64,000 nucleotides of DNA from Marine Group II euryarchaeote MED-G35 (GCA_002457155.1 NTJS01000001.1:2534-66533), one strand, 5' to 3'; numbered from the stretch's first letter, positions 9,857-21,308 are shown. Notes: a model not told the origin generated them from the sequence alone. Program-made: numbers and translations.

Positions 9857-10606
9857 TCATCCCTCGTCCCACCGCTTCCAAGTTTCATCGACAACATCAT
9901 CTTGTGGATCTTCGGATGTCCGAACATCTTCTTTCCAGAACGGGCTTGGAGCTACTTCAGACCTCTCAACATCTGAATTCTCATTCTGGACATCGTCCAT
10001 TATCACACTTCCATTGTTGATAACTAGGAATTGGTCAGGCATCTTCTTTTTGTCCGTCCACACCATGATAGCTAGAATCACACCAACTAGGCCAACGGGA
10101 GAACCGATGCAGCACCCTATGTAGAATAGATACATCCAGAAGTTTCCAAGTAGTTTGTCTGCAGATACTTCGTCGTCAACAAGCCAAAGGTCGGTATCTC
10201 CGTGGTTCTGCAGTGTGTAGTTGCCCCCCAAGTTTTCGAATATTCTCACTGGGGAGTAGATCGTCTTCTCGTCCGAGCCCAGTCGGTTCGGATCACTCCA
10301 CCCCTTCTCCCTTCCTGTTATTTCGGAACCCTCTTCATCCAACAGAGTAAGTTCGGAATCTGGCGTTTCACCATCAGATAGCCTCAGAGCAGTTACCATT
10401 TCCGACTCCTCAATAGCGAAGGTCACTGATTCTCCCGGACCCAATTTAACGAGACTGTTGGCCTCGGGATCGTACGACTCAAGTAGTTCGGGTGACACTT
10501 GCCATAGTGAAACCACAGCTACTAGGAGAAGGATTGCAGAAGACGCAGTCGCGATACGCGCCCACCGCCTTCTTCGTTCAGTCACAACCCCGCCTCTAGT
10601 CACCAT
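9857..10606 (-). CDS. Hypothetical membrane protein
   Basis: N-terminal TM/signal, second hydrophobic segment near residues 155-185, acidic tail; directly downstream of top6A. Confidence 0.65.
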   Translation of the reverse strand: MVTRGGVVTERRRRWARIATASSAILLLVAVVSLWQVSPELLESYDPEANSLVKLGPGESVTFAIEESEMVTALRLSDGETPDSELTLLDEEGSEITGREKGWSDPNRLGSDEKTIYSPVRIFENLGGNYTLQNHGDTDLWLVDDEVSADKLLGNFWMYLFYIGCCIGSPVGLVGVILAIMVWTDKKKMPDQFLVINNGSVIMDDVQNENSDVERSEVAPSPFWKEDVRTSEDPQDDVVDETWKRWDEG

Positions 10607-10621
10607 CTAATAGGGTTGTTT

Positions 10622-11728
10622 TCAGTATGTGATGCCCATTGCCCCTAGCTTTTCTGGCAAGTAGGTGTCAGTCACGAAGTCTAGACCGTACTTCGCAAGA
10701 GACTGCTGCTCAGCCTTCTTCCCAATCTCCTGCATCAACTGTATCTGTTCCTGCCACCATCCGGTTGCGAATCTGGGGTCGCTAAGCTCTGCATTCAGAG
10801 CATTCAGATCTTGCTTAGTCAAGTCATCGCTTGGCAGGTCATAGGCTAGGATGTCATCCGCGGTAATCCCTAGGTAGGTCGCTTCCTTGGTTGCCAAGTA
10901 CTCGGAGATATGGGCCGTCTTTATCGCGCCATATGCTATGCTCGCGTATATCCTAAATGACCAGGGGTCGCAGTCTGCGAATACCATTATCGGCTTGTTC
11001 CACTGATCGCTCATCCTCCTCATTATCCTCCTAGTCGATCTAGCCGGTTGCCCCTTTAGATGAACCAACGCGCACCTCGCCTCCTCGTCAAAACCATTCT
11101 CCACGAGTCTGTCGAACATCCCACCCGTCTCTATCGCCATTACGAAGTCAATGTCCTCTTCGACCAACCGCAGTTTCTCAGGTTCCACGTTGTATGGTAC
11201 TCCATAGCCCGAATCACCAACGTCGTCTCGACAGTTAATCCTCATCCAGTCCCCTTTCCGATTCCTCTCTTCAAATGTCACATTGCCAATTATTCGAGCC
11301 CCATCCTCCTCTGGCCTAAGCCCAAAGTCCTCCCTCATGCATTTGGTGACTATTTCCAGGTCTTCGGAGACCCCATTGCTCTCATTCTGGCTCGAGAACT
11401 TGCCGTGCCCCCATCCCTCAGAGATGTAGTACATCTCTCTAAGTGTCGAGGTCTTGCCATCAGAAATCATGCCCTCTACGAATTCTGTGATGTGCAGAGC
11501 CCTCAGCAGTTGTCGGGCCGAACCTAGGGATGTTGCGTCTCTAATTGTCCTCTTCTTCCCATACTTGTACACCCCCAACTTCTTGTCGAATCCGATGTTT
11601 GACTTCGATCTCACTGGAAGGGTCATTGTTGGAGGGTTCCCTCTCAACATCTTGTCATGCATCTCTGAGGCGACCCCATGCAATGCATCGATCACCTCCT
11701 CCTTCGTCTTCTGTCTGTCCATCGTCAT
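10622..11728 (-). CDS. top6A: DNA topoisomerase VI subunit A
   Basis: STLREMYY (catalytic Tyr), [28 protein letters not shown] motif, KKAEQQSL. Confidence 0.97.
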   Translation of the reverse strand: MTMDRQKTKEEVIDALHGVASEMHDKMLRGNPPTMTLPVRSKSNIGFDKKLGVYKYGKKRTIRDATSLGSARQLLRALHITEFVEGMISDGKTSTLREMYYISEGWGHGKFSSQNESNGVSEDLEIVTKCMREDFGLRPEEDGARIIGNVTFEERNRKGDWMRINCRDDVGDSGYGVPYNVEPEKLRLVEEDIDFVMAIETGGMFDRLVENGFDEEARCALVHLKGQPARSTRRIMRRMSDQWNKPIMVFADCDPWSFRIYASIAYGAIKTAHISEYLATKEATYLGITADDILAYDLPSDDLTKQDLNALNAELSDPRFATGWWQEQIQLMQEIGKKAEQQSLAKYGLDFVTDTYLPEKLGAMGITY

Positions 11729-13812
11729 TCAATTCCCTCCAATTCATCCTTAGTTGAGAAATCTCCAAACAGGCTTGTCTGCCCTTCATCCAATGACTGA
11801 GACTGCGAGACCTCACTCTGTTCCGCCCTTTCCTTAAGCTGGGAAATCGCCTCCTTCGGTTTCTCGAATTCTGACTCCGCAGCCTCTAGTGCCTCGGACT
11901 TCCTTAGTTCCTCAAGCAACTTCTCATCAATCTTGGTCGCTCCGATTACTTCTCCGTTGCCTCTGTAGAATATCTCCGCATCACTCCACTCGCCCTTTCT
12001 AAGTCCCGAGACTCCGAAGTGAATTGTCGTAGCTGAGCCAGGATTTAGCGTATCCAGCCTCCAAGCCCAGAGGCCATTCGCCTGCTTATTTCCACCTAGG
12101 GCGTTTTCGGAAATTTTCGTCTCCTTGCTTTCAGGCCATTTGGCTAGAATTGTATACGCCCGTGCCCTTGCGGTGTAGTTGTAAATCGTAATTGAACAAG
12201 TAGCAAGCTTCCTCTCATCATCCCACCCCAATTCTTCTTCACAGAATACAGCATCCATTATCTTCGTGATTATTGGAGCCAAATCCGGCTCTTCCCTCGA
12301 TAGCAATTCCGAGGATTTCTTCGAAATCTCAGGGAGAATTATGTTAATCAGCTCGAATTTCTCTCTGGCCTTCTTTCTCTGGGAACTCTTTTTCAGATGC
12401 CCCTTCAGACCTCTGCCAACCTCTAGCATGGCTAGACGAATCTCTTCGAAAACCTCCTCATTGTCCGAAACAGCCTCCTTTGCCTCGCTAGTGAATTGTA
12501 CATTTGTTGATGCTAAGTGGATCAGGACGGCGGCAGGTCCTTTGGGAATTCCCTTCCCTCCGGGGTGATCCAGCCCGTATCTTTTCCAATCGACAGCCTC
12601 GAGGGCTTTAGTGAGAAGACAACCTCCCTGTTGATACATCAGCGGGACCCTGTTTGCGAACCGTAGAACTTCTATTGGCCCCTCTGCACTAAGGTCCCCT
12701 CCAAAAACCAATCCGACTTCAATTTGAAATGGGTTCCCCTGAGTAACCTTAGGACTCCTAGTAATAGTGGATGCGAAACGAGAGTCTATGGCTTTCGATA
12801 GCCCCTTTTTGATCAGCAAGTCCTCGATTGGCGAAAGACAATCAGTGGGTGGAGAAAGCAATTTGACTTTTCTGAAGGCCGAAACCATTCCCTGTGCATC
12901 ATCTGCTGAGATTCTCTTTGGGCTCCTACCTTCGGCCAATCCAGCCGATGCAAGGATTTCCCGCGCTGCTCGCATACTGACTCCGGAGAAGTTGTGCCTG
13001 AGAAAAGAAGTCATCTTCCTCTCTTCGGACTCTCTCAACATCCTCTGCAGGGATCCCAGTTGTATTCCATGAGGATGAGGGCGGATCTCGCTAACTTCTC
13101 GCGGCAATCTCTCGGTAGTCCTTTGCCAATCTCCCTCCTCGATAACGCTCCCGTCTCTGTCACGTACCACCAGGGAGATACTAGCATGAGGATTCACAAT
13201 GGAGGTCATTCGTAGGTACTGATGAACGGACTGCCTTCCCCTCTGGTACTTTGCCCGCATCTCGCACTCTATCCTTAATCCATGAGAAACGCTCTCCCCA
13301 GTTTCCTCATCCAGCCATATGTCCCTGCTTTCTCCTGACTTTGTTGCACGATTTCTCCTTGTGTCAATACCTAGTTCAACGAACACTGCCGATGAGTCTT
13401 TGGCTATCTTGGAGACTACCTTTGTCTTTGACCCAGCAGTCAATTGACTGTACATCACAACTCCGGTGATGCCAATCCCTTGCTGGCCCCTGGTTTGTCT
13501 GATTGCATGGAACCTCGAACCCAGTAGAAACTTTCCAAACACATTCTCGATATCCTCTCTAGGTATTCCCGGACCATTGTCTTGTGTGATCATCCTCAGC
13601 CTGTCTCCCTTCATTCTTTGGATTTCCACATTTATCTCAGGCAGTATCCTTTCCTCCTCACAAGCATCTAGGGAATTATCCACTGCTTCCTTTACAGCCG
13701 TGATGATCGATCTCTGAAGGGTATCGAATCCTAGGAAATGTTTGTTCTTCTCAAAGAACTCGCTAATTGAAATCTGCTTTTGTTTGCTAGAGAGTCTTTC
13801 TGCAGGGTCCAT
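11725..13812 (-). CDS. top6B: DNA topoisomerase VI subunit B
   Basis: GHKL motifs EAVDNSLDA, DNGPGI, RGQQGIG; RFANRVPL; C-terminal Ig-like extension. Confidence 0.97.
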   Translation of the reverse strand: MDPAERLSSKQKQISISEFFEKNKHFLGFDTLQRSIITAVKEAVDNSLDACEEERILPEINVEIQRMKGDRLRMITQDNGPGIPREDIENVFGKFLLGSRFHAIRQTRGQQGIGITGVVMYSQLTAGSKTKVVSKIAKDSSAVFVELGIDTRRNRATKSGESRDIWLDEETGESVSHGLRIECEMRAKYQRGRQSVHQYLRMTSIVNPHASISLVVRDRDGSVIEEGDWQRTTERLPREVSEIRPHPHGIQLGSLQRMLRESEERKMTSFLRHNFSGVSMRAAREILASAGLAEGRSPKRISADDAQGMVSAFRKVKLLSPPTDCLSPIEDLLIKKGLSKAIDSRFASTITRSPKVTQGNPFQIEVGLVFGGDLSAEGPIEVLRFANRVPLMYQQGGCLLTKALEAVDWKRYGLDHPGGKGIPKGPAAVLIHLASTNVQFTSEAKEAVSDNEEVFEEIRLAMLEVGRGLKGHLKKSSQRKKAREKFELINIILPEISKKSSELLSREEPDLAPIITKIMDAVFCEEELGWDDERKLATCSITIYNYTARARAYTILAKWPESKETKISENALGGNKQANGLWAWRLDTLNPGSATTIHFGVSGLRKGEWSDAEIFYRGNGEVIGATKIDEKLLEELRKSEALEAAESEFEKPKEAISQLKERAEQSEVSQSQSLDEGQTSLFGDFSTKDELEGIE

Positions 13813-13930
13813 TCATCCACCACCACCAAGTCCTCCCTTGTCCGAATGACGAGGGGCTTGCAAGGTAGCCCTTGCCCGCCATGAGACCGCTATTGAACAA
13901 TGCCCCAAGTTCTAGGCGGAGTCGTCCGTT

Positions 13931-15937
13931 TCAGAGGAATACCTCAGGATGCCATGATGTGATTTTGCCAGTGAAGGCACTAGTCATTACTGTGAGAGGA
14001 CTCGCAAGATAGAGCTTCCCGGGTCCCGAACGACCCTGGAAGTTCCTATTTATCGCTGAGACAGTCACCTGTTCGGGGTCATCACTAACTCCCGGGCCTG
14101 CTCCTATGCAAGCCCCACACCCAGGATCGATTAGTTTCACTCCCGCCTTCTCGAATGTTTCAGTCCACCCCATCTTCATTGACAGCTCCTTCACTGACTT
14201 TGATCCGAACTGGATGTAGCAGTCTACCCCTTCTGGAACAATTAGACCTGCCTTTAGCGCCGCTTCGCAGACCATAGCGTAGTATGAGAAATCATCATCC
14301 TTGCCAGCAGTGCACGATCCAGCATATGCTATGTCGATTGAAACATCGCCAATATCATCTATGTATGCGCCGTTCGTTGGATCAGAGGGCACCCCCTCGT
14401 CGGGGCTTCCCGGATGAGCAACCATTGGCCTGATCTGTGACAAATCAATTTCATGAACCCCCCCTCCATAAATCGCCCCAATATCCGGTAAAACGAAACC
14501 TAGTCTAATTGATTCCCGATCCAAATCTTCTCTACGAGGTATCAACCAGTCTACGGTAACATCATCAGCTTCACAAATGCCAGTCTTTGCACTACATTCG
14601 GTAGCCATATTGCAAAGTGTGGCCCTTTCATCCATGGAAAGGCTCGCAAGACCTGCTCCACCAAACTCCATGCTCATGTCCAAGGTCTCTGACTTTGCAG
14701 CAAAACGCCACAGTATGTGCAGAATCACATCCTTGGCAGTACATCCGGGGTCAAGCTCTCCAATCAATTCGAACCGGATACTCTCGGGGACTTTTACAAA
14801 TGCGAATTGATTGTGAATCAGATTCGCATATTCCGTCGACCCGACACCATATGCCAGCGCATTGGATGCACCACCCATGCAAGTGTGAGAGTCGGTGGCC
14901 TGGATGAAATCGCCAACGTCTATGAATTCCTCTCGAGCGACTTGATGGCATATCCCCGGGCTAACCCCGTCCTTGGCGGAGTAATCTCGAACTCCAGTAT
15001 GTTCTTGGAAAGAGTTCTGCATATCTCTCAGAGTCTGAATCTTATCAGCGAACTTACCGAACCTTGGGACTCCCGTAGCATATAGCAAATGGTCCTCAAA
15101 AACGGCAAATTTCGAAGGATTCGGAACGTCATAATCATCCCCGTACTCGTTTGCTAGGAACGTGTGAACCTGAGCCGTTGTGAACTCGTGGGAGTATCCA
15201 CCATCAACTTGAGCTAGCACTGCGTCCCCTGGTTTGACGAATCTTTTCTCCCCATTTGTCCCAAGGAGCTTTTTCGAAACCAATTTTTCAATCATAGTCA
15301 TGGGTCGCTCTTCCGTACTGAACTCGGGTAGAACGACAGTGCCTTCCTTCAATCTCTTCGCAAAGGGAAGTATCCCTCCATTCTCAAGAATCAGACTACT
15401 GACCGGATCATACTTTTTCGTAAACTCAGATAGGGGGATTCTCTCCTTGTTCTGGAGCCTCATCAGCATCGAATGATCCCCCATTAACTGACCTAGATTC
15501 AGATTGTTCCTCTCGTGAATAGGAGCAAAGGATGCGGCAATGACAATCCTGATTCCTGACCACCTCTCACATTGTGGCGCAGTCTCTCTACTGGAACCGG
15601 TCCCCTTCCTGTGTCCTGAAACGATTACCTCGAACTCACCATCAATCAAAGCGCGCGGCTGGAATACCCTACTCCCCTCATGCATCAAACCGGCATATGC
15701 ATTCTCAGCAATCATGGCCGGCTCATGATCAAAACAAACCCAAGCCGGAGTCATCACATCGGTATTTATGTCGTCTAGTAGTTCGTCAACGGACAAGTCT
15801 TCCATTCTGAGATTCAATCCATCATAGAGTTGCCTTCGAATTAACTCAAGGTTCTTAGTTAGGAAGAGAACCCTTTTTCCAGGAGTTAGGCTGATATTAT
15901 CGGGTGGCCATTCTCCTCTCGACATTCTGTCCCTCAC
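13931..15937 (-). CDS. Aconitase-family [4Fe-4S] hydratase; small (swivel) subunit fused N-terminal to large subunit
   Basis: DDINTD and GTGSSRE (LeuD-like), then DH, GICHQ, DSHT, AGSCT, PGCGAC, NRNFQGR (LeuC-like). Confidence 0.88.
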   Translation of the reverse strand: MRDRMSRGEWPPDNISLTPGKRVLFLTKNLELIRRQLYDGLNLRMEDLSVDELLDDINTDVMTPAWVCFDHEPAMIAENAYAGLMHEGSRVFQPRALIDGEFEVIVSGHRKGTGSSRETAPQCERWSGIRIVIAASFAPIHERNNLNLGQLMGDHSMLMRLQNKERIPLSEFTKKYDPVSSLILENGGILPFAKRLKEGTVVLPEFSTEERPMTMIEKLVSKKLLGTNGEKRFVKPGDAVLAQVDGGYSHEFTTAQVHTFLANEYGDDYDVPNPSKFAVFEDHLLYATGVPRFGKFADKIQTLRDMQNSFQEHTGVRDYSAKDGVSPGICHQVAREEFIDVGDFIQATDSHTCMGGASNALAYGVGSTEYANLIHNQFAFVKVPESIRFELIGELDPGCTAKDVILHILWRFAAKSETLDMSMEFGGAGLASLSMDERATLCNMATECSAKTGICEADDVTVDWLIPRREDLDRESIRLGFVLPDIGAIYGGGVHEIDLSQIRPMVAHPGSPDEGVPSDPTNGAYIDDIGDVSIDIAYAGSCTAGKDDDFSYYAMVCEAALKAGLIVPEGVDCYIQFGSKSVKELSMKMGWTETFEKAGVKLIDPGCGACIGAGPGVSDDPEQVTVSAINRNFQGRSGPGKLYLASPLTVMTSAFTGKITSWHPEVFL

Positions 15938-16086
15938 ATACTCCCAGCGAAGAGTCTTATTTCACGATTCTCGATAACTTTCCAACTCATTTCCCTCATA
16001 ATGGGACTAATTTCTAAAGTTATAACCTTAAATAAGATGCCAATTGCGAATTTAATACCTTTTTGCTAAAAGGGGGGTGAGGATGA

Positions 16087-17010
16087 ATGTCATACCTTGT
16101 AGAAGACACCGTGAAGTGCGATGAATGTGGAAGCCGACAACTGAAGAAAGACGAATCCAGAGGAGAAGTTGTCTGTGAAGACTGCGGCCTCGTTCTGGAG
16201 GACAAGGTGATTGACCAGGGCGCAGAGTGGCGTGTCTTCAGTCCCGAGCAAGGAGATCAGCGCGCAAGAACCGGTGCACCCATGACAGTTATGCTGCATG
16301 ATAAGGGACTTTCCACAGACATCGACTGGCAGAACAAGGACTACTCTGGAAAGTCGATTTCCAGCAGATACAGGAGTCAGTTCTACAGGATGAGGAAGTG
16401 GCAGAAGAGATCCCGAGTCAGTAATGCTACCGAGCGAAACAAGGCAATGGCTTTGGCAGAACTTGACAGAATGGCAAGCCGATTGGAACTCCCCAAGACG
16501 ATTAGAGAGACAGCTGCCGTAACATATGGAAAGGCAGTTGATGCAAGGCTAATCCGAGGCCGGTCCATCGAAGGAGTAGCAGCTGCAAGCCTATACGCAG
16601 CCTGCCGAATTTGCGAGAACCCACGTACTCTGGACGAGATTGGGGAGGCTAGCAGGACAGGAAGGAAAGAGATTGGCCGAACATATCGTTTCATGGTCAG
16701 GGAGCTAAGGATGAAGATACCACCCACCAAGCCGGAGGACTACATACCAAGGTTCTGCTCTGGTCTTGATCTAGACGCAGAGGTGCAAGCCAAGGCATAT
16801 GAGTTGATTGCTGCTGCACAGGAGAAGGAACTTACTAGCGGTAGGGGGCCAACAGGAATCGCTGCATCGATCATCTACATCGCAAGCGTCCTCTGTGGGA
16901 AGAGGAGGACTCAGCGCGAGGTCGCCGAGGTGGCTGGAGTCACTGAGGTTACAATCAGAAACAGGTACAAGGAACTCATACAGAATCTAAACATAGAACT
17001 CGAGATTTGA
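16087..17010 (+). CDS. tfb: Transcription initiation factor IIB
   Basis: Zn ribbon CDEC...CEDC, EWRVF, two cyclin repeats, [11 protein letters not shown]; SD-like GGGGTGAGG upstream. Confidence 0.97.
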   Translation: MSYLVEDTVKCDECGSRQLKKDESRGEVVCEDCGLVLEDKVIDQGAEWRVFSPEQGDQRARTGAPMTVMLHDKGLSTDIDWQNKDYSGKSISSRYRSQFYRMRKWQKRSRVSNATERNKAMALAELDRMASRLELPKTIRETAAVTYGKAVDARLIRGRSIEGVAAASLYAACRICENPRTLDEIGEASRTGRKEIGRTYRFMVRELRMKIPPTKPEDYIPRFCSGLDLDAEVQAKAYELIAAAQEKELTSGRGPTGIAASIIYIASVLCGKRRTQREVAEVAGVTEVTIRNRYKELIQNLNIELEI

Positions 17011-17019
17011 GATCTAAGA

Positions 17020-20000
17020 TTACGAGCAACCAGTTGTCGAACCGCATTCGTTGCACTTCAGGCAAGTCCCGTTCCTGACCATCTGGCTGCCACCGCAGTC
17101 ATCACAGATGTCTCCGGTGAATCCCCTCTCCTTCGCAGCCTGCCTGGCCTTCGTATCCGCATCAACGATCGGTCCCACGGCAGCCTCCAGGGTCATCTGG
17201 ACCTCGCGCCTCTCGCCCTGTCTCCGGGCTAGCCCCTGTTCGGTCACCTCGGGCCTGCTGATAGAGAATGGATCCAGGTCTTCTTCCTCTAGAGGAACGT
17301 GCGCAAGGTCGTTCCTGCCAGCATACTCGATTGCGAGCTCCCGGAAGACCCAGTCGATGATGCTCGAGGACATCTTCACTCTGCCACTGCCGCCCTCTAT
17401 CATTCCGCTCGGCTCGAACTTGGTGAATGTGAACGATTTCACGAACGCATCTATCGGAACCCCGTGCTGTAAACCAATTGACACCGCTATGGCGAACTGA
17501 GACAGGAGAGCCCTCCAAGCAGCACCTTCCTTGGAGGTCAGTAGGAAGATCTCACCGAGCTTTCCATCTTCGTATTCCCCAGTGATCAGTCGTACGCTAT
17601 GGCCACCGACTCTGGCCTTGAAGTTCGCTCCTCTCTTCCTGTTTGGAAGCACCCTCTTGGACGCGATGTAGTTCTCAACAAGCGCCTTTGCAACCGGCAT
17701 GGCTACCGGTTCTGGCAGAGGGAGAGCACTGGCTGCCTCCTCTACCATCTTCTCCACAACTGCCTCTTCTTCTTCCTCCTCTTCGACTTCCATCGAGTCG
17801 ACTAGTTGGCTCATCAGTGGTTGTGACAGTTTGCTACCATCTCTGTACACCGCACAAGCCTTGTTCATAGTGGCGTGACTGAGGTTGTAGGCTTCCCGAA
17901 CGTCCTCTATTGAAGCATCAGAAGGCATGTTGATGGTTTTTGAAATCGCCCCGGATATGAAGGGCTGGGCAGCTGCCATCATCTTGACGTGAGCATCCCA
18001 GGCGATTGACCGCTTACCGTACTTTCCGCATGGGGTGGCACAGTCGAATACAGCGAGGTGCTCGTCCTTCAAACCGGGTGCTCCTTCAATGGTATTGTAT
18101 CCGAAGATGTGATCATTCGCAGAGTCAATCTCCTGTCCAGTGAATCCGATGAATCCTAGGGTATCGAAGAACAGGTCATCAACTTGGGCTTTCGTCATTC
18201 CGAGCTTTCCTACGCAGAATTCCTCACCAAGGATGGATGGTGCGAAAGCAGACCTCAAGTCGAAGACATCCCCCAGTTTCCCTTCAATCGATGCGAGAAG
18301 AGCATTATCGAACCCAGCATCCTTCAATCTCTCAACTGGCAGGCTCGGGCAGTCACCCAGCCTCTTCGTTCCCATGATGAACTCCTCTATAGAGAGGGCA
18401 TCGCTTTCAGAATAACCCAGCCTGCTAAGAGCATTGGGAACTCCGTGATTGATGATTCTCAGAGAACCGCCACCCGCGAGCGTTTTGTACTGCACCAGGG
18501 AGAATTGGGGCTCCACACCGGTTGTGTCGGCTCCCATGACCAGTCCTATTGTTCCGGTCGGGGCTATCACTGTGGTCTGGGCGTTCCTGAATCCGTGCTC
18601 TTCCCCCTCCAACAGTGCCCTGTCCCAGCAACTCCTTGCTGCGTCCAGGAGATCCTTGGGACATTTCTTCGAGTTAATCCCCATCGGGGAGACCGTCAGC
18701 CCCTCGTATTCTGAGTCGGGGGCATCGTATGCTGCCCTCCTGTGGTTCCGCATAACTCTGAGCATGTCGTCAGCATTCCTCTCGTAGTCGGGGAACGGCC
18801 CAAGGATGGATGCCATCTCTGCGCTAGTAGCGTAACTCTCACCGCACATTATCGAGGTTAACGCACCGCAAATGGCGTAAGCTCGCTCGTCATCGTATGG
18901 AATTCCCATGTGCATCAATAGCGATCCGATGTTGCAGTAACCAAGACCAAGGGTTCTGTAGTCGTACGACCCCTTTGCAATCGACTCAGAAGGGAACTGC
19001 GCCATAAGGACACTAATCTCAAGGGTCGTGGTCCAGAGCCTGACACTGTGTCTGAAGTCCTCGACGTTGAACTGATGAGTATCTAGGTCGTAGTAGTGAA
19101 GCAGGTTGATGCTCGCTAGATTGCACGCTGTGTCATCCAGGAACATGTATTCCGAACAGGGGTTTGATCCGTTGATCTTACCAGCCTCTGGACACGTATG
19201 CCACTCGTTGATTGTGGTGTCGAACTGAACTCCTGGATCAGCACATGCCCAGGCTGTATATGCGACCTTGTCCCACAAAGCTCCCGCATCGAGAGTCTTG
19301 CAGGGAACAGGGTCCCTCCCCTCATCTGCTGCAGACTCTCTCTCTGTTCTGAAGTAGAGATTCCATTCTCCATCGGACTTGACTGCATCCATGAATGAGT
19401 TGGGGACCCTAACTGAATTGTTGCTGTTCTGCCCGGACACAGTAGCGTAGGCCTCGCCCTGCCAGTCCGTGTCTAGAGACTCAAACTCCAAACCCTTCCA
19501 GCCTTGCTCAGATAGGTCCAGTATTCTCTGAATATGGGCCTGTGGAACACTATCGTTTATGGCACGGACCATTGCTTTCCTAAGTCCTAGGTTTGTTTTC
19601 TGGCTGAATCTACCTTCGTCATCTCCAAATGACCAAATTGCCTCCATTATCGAATCTGCATGCTTTTGCAGGATTGCACTACCGATTACTAGAGCGGAAA
19701 CCTTCTCCTCCTCCGTTGGCTTCCAATCGATGTACTCTTCGATGTCAGGATGATCTAGGTCTAAGGTAACCATCTTTGCTGCCCTTCTGGTGGTGCCTCC
19801 GGATTTTATCGCGCCAGCGGCCCTGTCCCCAATCTTCAGGAACGACAGGAGGCCGCTCGAAGTTCCACCACCGGAGAGGGGTTCCCCCGCCCCCCTGATG
19901 TTAGAGAAGTTAGAACCCGTCCCCGATCCATACTTGAAAAGAAGTGCCTCCCGATTCCAAAGACCCATTATTGAATCGGTCCCACCCACGAGAGAGTCCG

Positions 20001-20664
20001 AGACAGACTGAATGAAGCAAGCATGTGGCTGGGGATGCTCGTAGGCGCTAGTGGATAGGCCAACTTCACCAGTCTCTGGGTCAACGAAACTGTGACCTTG
20101 GGGAGGCCCTTCAATCCCATATGCCCAGTGAAGACCTGTGTTGAACCACTGGGGGCTGTTTGGCGCTGATCGCTGACTAGCAATCAGATAGCACATCTCA
20201 TCGAAGTACGCACGGGCATCTGCCTCGCTTGCGAAGTAGCCGTACTTCCAGCCCCAGTAGGTCCAGGTCCCTGCGAGTCGACGGAAGAGTTGCCTTCCAT
20301 CAGTCTCACCACCCATTCTTTCGGTAGCATCAGTTGATTGCAACCGCTCGTGATCCGGCTCACTTCGCTGTAGCCAGATGGGAACTCCTTCTTCAGGAAC
20401 GCTTCGAAGGTGCTTTGGAACACCTGCCTTGCGCAGATACTTCTGAGCACAAACCTTCCCAGGGATTCCCGAGAATCCCGAAGGCAACTTCACACCCTCT
20501 ATCGAGTCAGCCATGGAACCATCAGGATTCCTAATCTCTACATCCATGACAATCCAATCGAAGGTGTCGAAGGGATCTTGACCTGCAGACGTGAATCTAC
20601 GCTCTACGACCAACCCCTTCTCTGCGTCAGAGCCATCTCCTGAGGACTTAATTTTAGTCTGCAT
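17020..20664 (-). CDS. nrdJ: Class II (adenosylcobalamin-dependent) ribonucleotide reductase with C-terminal TSCPD/Zn-ribbon domain
   Basis: PNSPQWFNTG, HACFI, SNPCSE, APTGT, GAISKTIN, VYRDGSK, C-terminal CDDC..CLKCNECG..GCS. Confidence 0.95.
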   Translation of the reverse strand: MQTKIKSSGDGSDAEKGLVVERRFTSAGQDPFDTFDWIVMDVEIRNPDGSMADSIEGVKLPSGFSGIPGKVCAQKYLRKAGVPKHLRSVPEEGVPIWLQRSEPDHERLQSTDATERMGGETDGRQLFRRLAGTWTYWGWKYGYFASEADARAYFDEMCYLIASQRSAPNSPQWFNTGLHWAYGIEGPPQGHSFVDPETGEVGLSTSAYEHPQPHACFIQSVSDSLVGGTDSIMGLWNREALLFKYGSGTGSNFSNIRGAGEPLSGGGTSSGLLSFLKIGDRAAGAIKSGGTTRRAAKMVTLDLDHPDIEEYIDWKPTEEEKVSALVIGSAILQKHADSIMEAIWSFGDDEGRFSQKTNLGLRKAMVRAINDSVPQAHIQRILDLSEQGWKGLEFESLDTDWQGEAYATVSGQNSNNSVRVPNSFMDAVKSDGEWNLYFRTERESAADEGRDPVPCKTLDAGALWDKVAYTAWACADPGVQFDTTINEWHTCPEAGKINGSNPCSEYMFLDDTACNLASINLLHYYDLDTHQFNVEDFRHSVRLWTTTLEISVLMAQFPSESIAKGSYDYRTLGLGYCNIGSLLMHMGIPYDDERAYAICGALTSIMCGESYATSAEMASILGPFPDYERNADDMLRVMRNHRRAAYDAPDSEYEGLTVSPMGINSKKCPKDLLDAARSCWDRALLEGEEHGFRNAQTTVIAPTGTIGLVMGADTTGVEPQFSLVQYKTLAGGGSLRIINHGVPNALSRLGYSESDALSIEEFIMGTKRLGDCPSLPVERLKDAGFDNALLASIEGKLGDVFDLRSAFAPSILGEEFCVGKLGMTKAQVDDLFFDTLGFIGFTGQEIDSANDHIFGYNTIEGAPGLKDEHLAVFDCATPCGKYGKRSIAWDAHVKMMAAAQPFISGAISKTINMPSDASIEDVREAYNLSHATMNKACAVYRDGSKLSQPLMSQLVDSMEVEEEEEEEAVVEKMVEEAASALPLPEPVAMPVAKALVENYIASKRVLPNRKRGANFKARVGGHSVRLITGEYEDGKLGEIFLLTSKEGAAWRALLSQFAIAVSIGLQHGVPIDAFVKSFTFTKFEPSGMIEGGSGRVKMSSSIIDWVFRELAIEYAGRNDLAHVPLEEEDLDPFSISRPEVTEQGLARRQGERREVQMTLEAAVGPIVDADTKARQAAKERGFTGDICDDCGGSQMVRNGTCLKCNECGSTTGCS

Positions 20665-20688
20665 TATTCATTGCCTCCCATATTATAC

Positions 20689-20710
20689 CAGACGGAAATG
20701 GCGCCGTCTG
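20689..20710 (-). promoter_or_regulatory. 7-bp inverted repeat in the nrdJ 5' region
   Basis: CAGACGG-N8-CCGTCTG, 25-46 nt upstream of the nrdJ ATG. Confidence 0.35.
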
Positions 20711-20840
20711 TGCAAGGGAGTTGCGCTTCTGAATGGGGGGTGTTTAATGCTTAGTGTTGAAGTCACCATTGAGATTACTATTTTGACGAAAAAAGTGACA
20801 GTTCCATTTTCTAGAACCGCGAATAAATAAACCCTATAAT

Positions 20841-21275
20841 CTAGGATTTCATTTCTAGATCCCACTCTAGGCTGGCACCCGAACGAGTAATCATTATTCC
20901 AACGCTACAGTGCTTTTCGTGACTGCTTTCAATAAGGCGCTTAACCAGGATTTCTGGGACATCCCCCTTGACTATGTAGCGCATTCTTACCGATGTGAAA
21001 ACCTTGGGAGACTCATTTGCCCTATCAGCTTCAATCTCTATCTTGATGAACTCCACCTTTTCCTTTCTATGCTTTAGCCCATCGATTACGTCAATCAGAG
21101 AACAGGCAGCATGTCCATGTAGAACCATTTCCATGGGACTTGGAGAATCCGAACCATAAATTCCGAAGCTCTTCCCTTTGCCCGTGATTCCGACATATCC
21201 GGCCGCTTCAGTCCAAACCACTTCGCCGTTCATGACCTCTCGACACAACTCATCCCCTTGAAGGGTTGGCTTCAT
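20841..21275 (-). CDS. OsmC family protein
   Basis: [23 protein letters not shown]; two conserved Cys. Confidence 0.85.
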   Translation of the reverse strand: MKPTLQGDELCREVMNGEVVWTEAAGYVGITGKGKSFGIYGSDSPSPMEMVLHGHAACSLIDVIDGLKHRKEKVEFIKIEIEADRANESPKVFTSVRMRYIVKGDVPEILVKRLIESSHEKHCSVGIMITRSGASLEWDLEMKS

Positions 21276-21308
21276 CTATGCCTCTTCGGTCGGAGTATGC
21301 TGAGGGAC

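Noticed and set aside
17020-20664. Intein in the long RNR (also considered for MCM and Top6)
   Set aside because: Core motifs are contiguous, with no splice-junction or homing-endonuclease motifs; the length is explained by known inserts and the C-terminal domain.
20665-20840. Cobalamin riboswitch upstream of nrdJ
   Set aside because: No recognisable B12-box or GGGAA/GCCACTG core; only a small hairpin.
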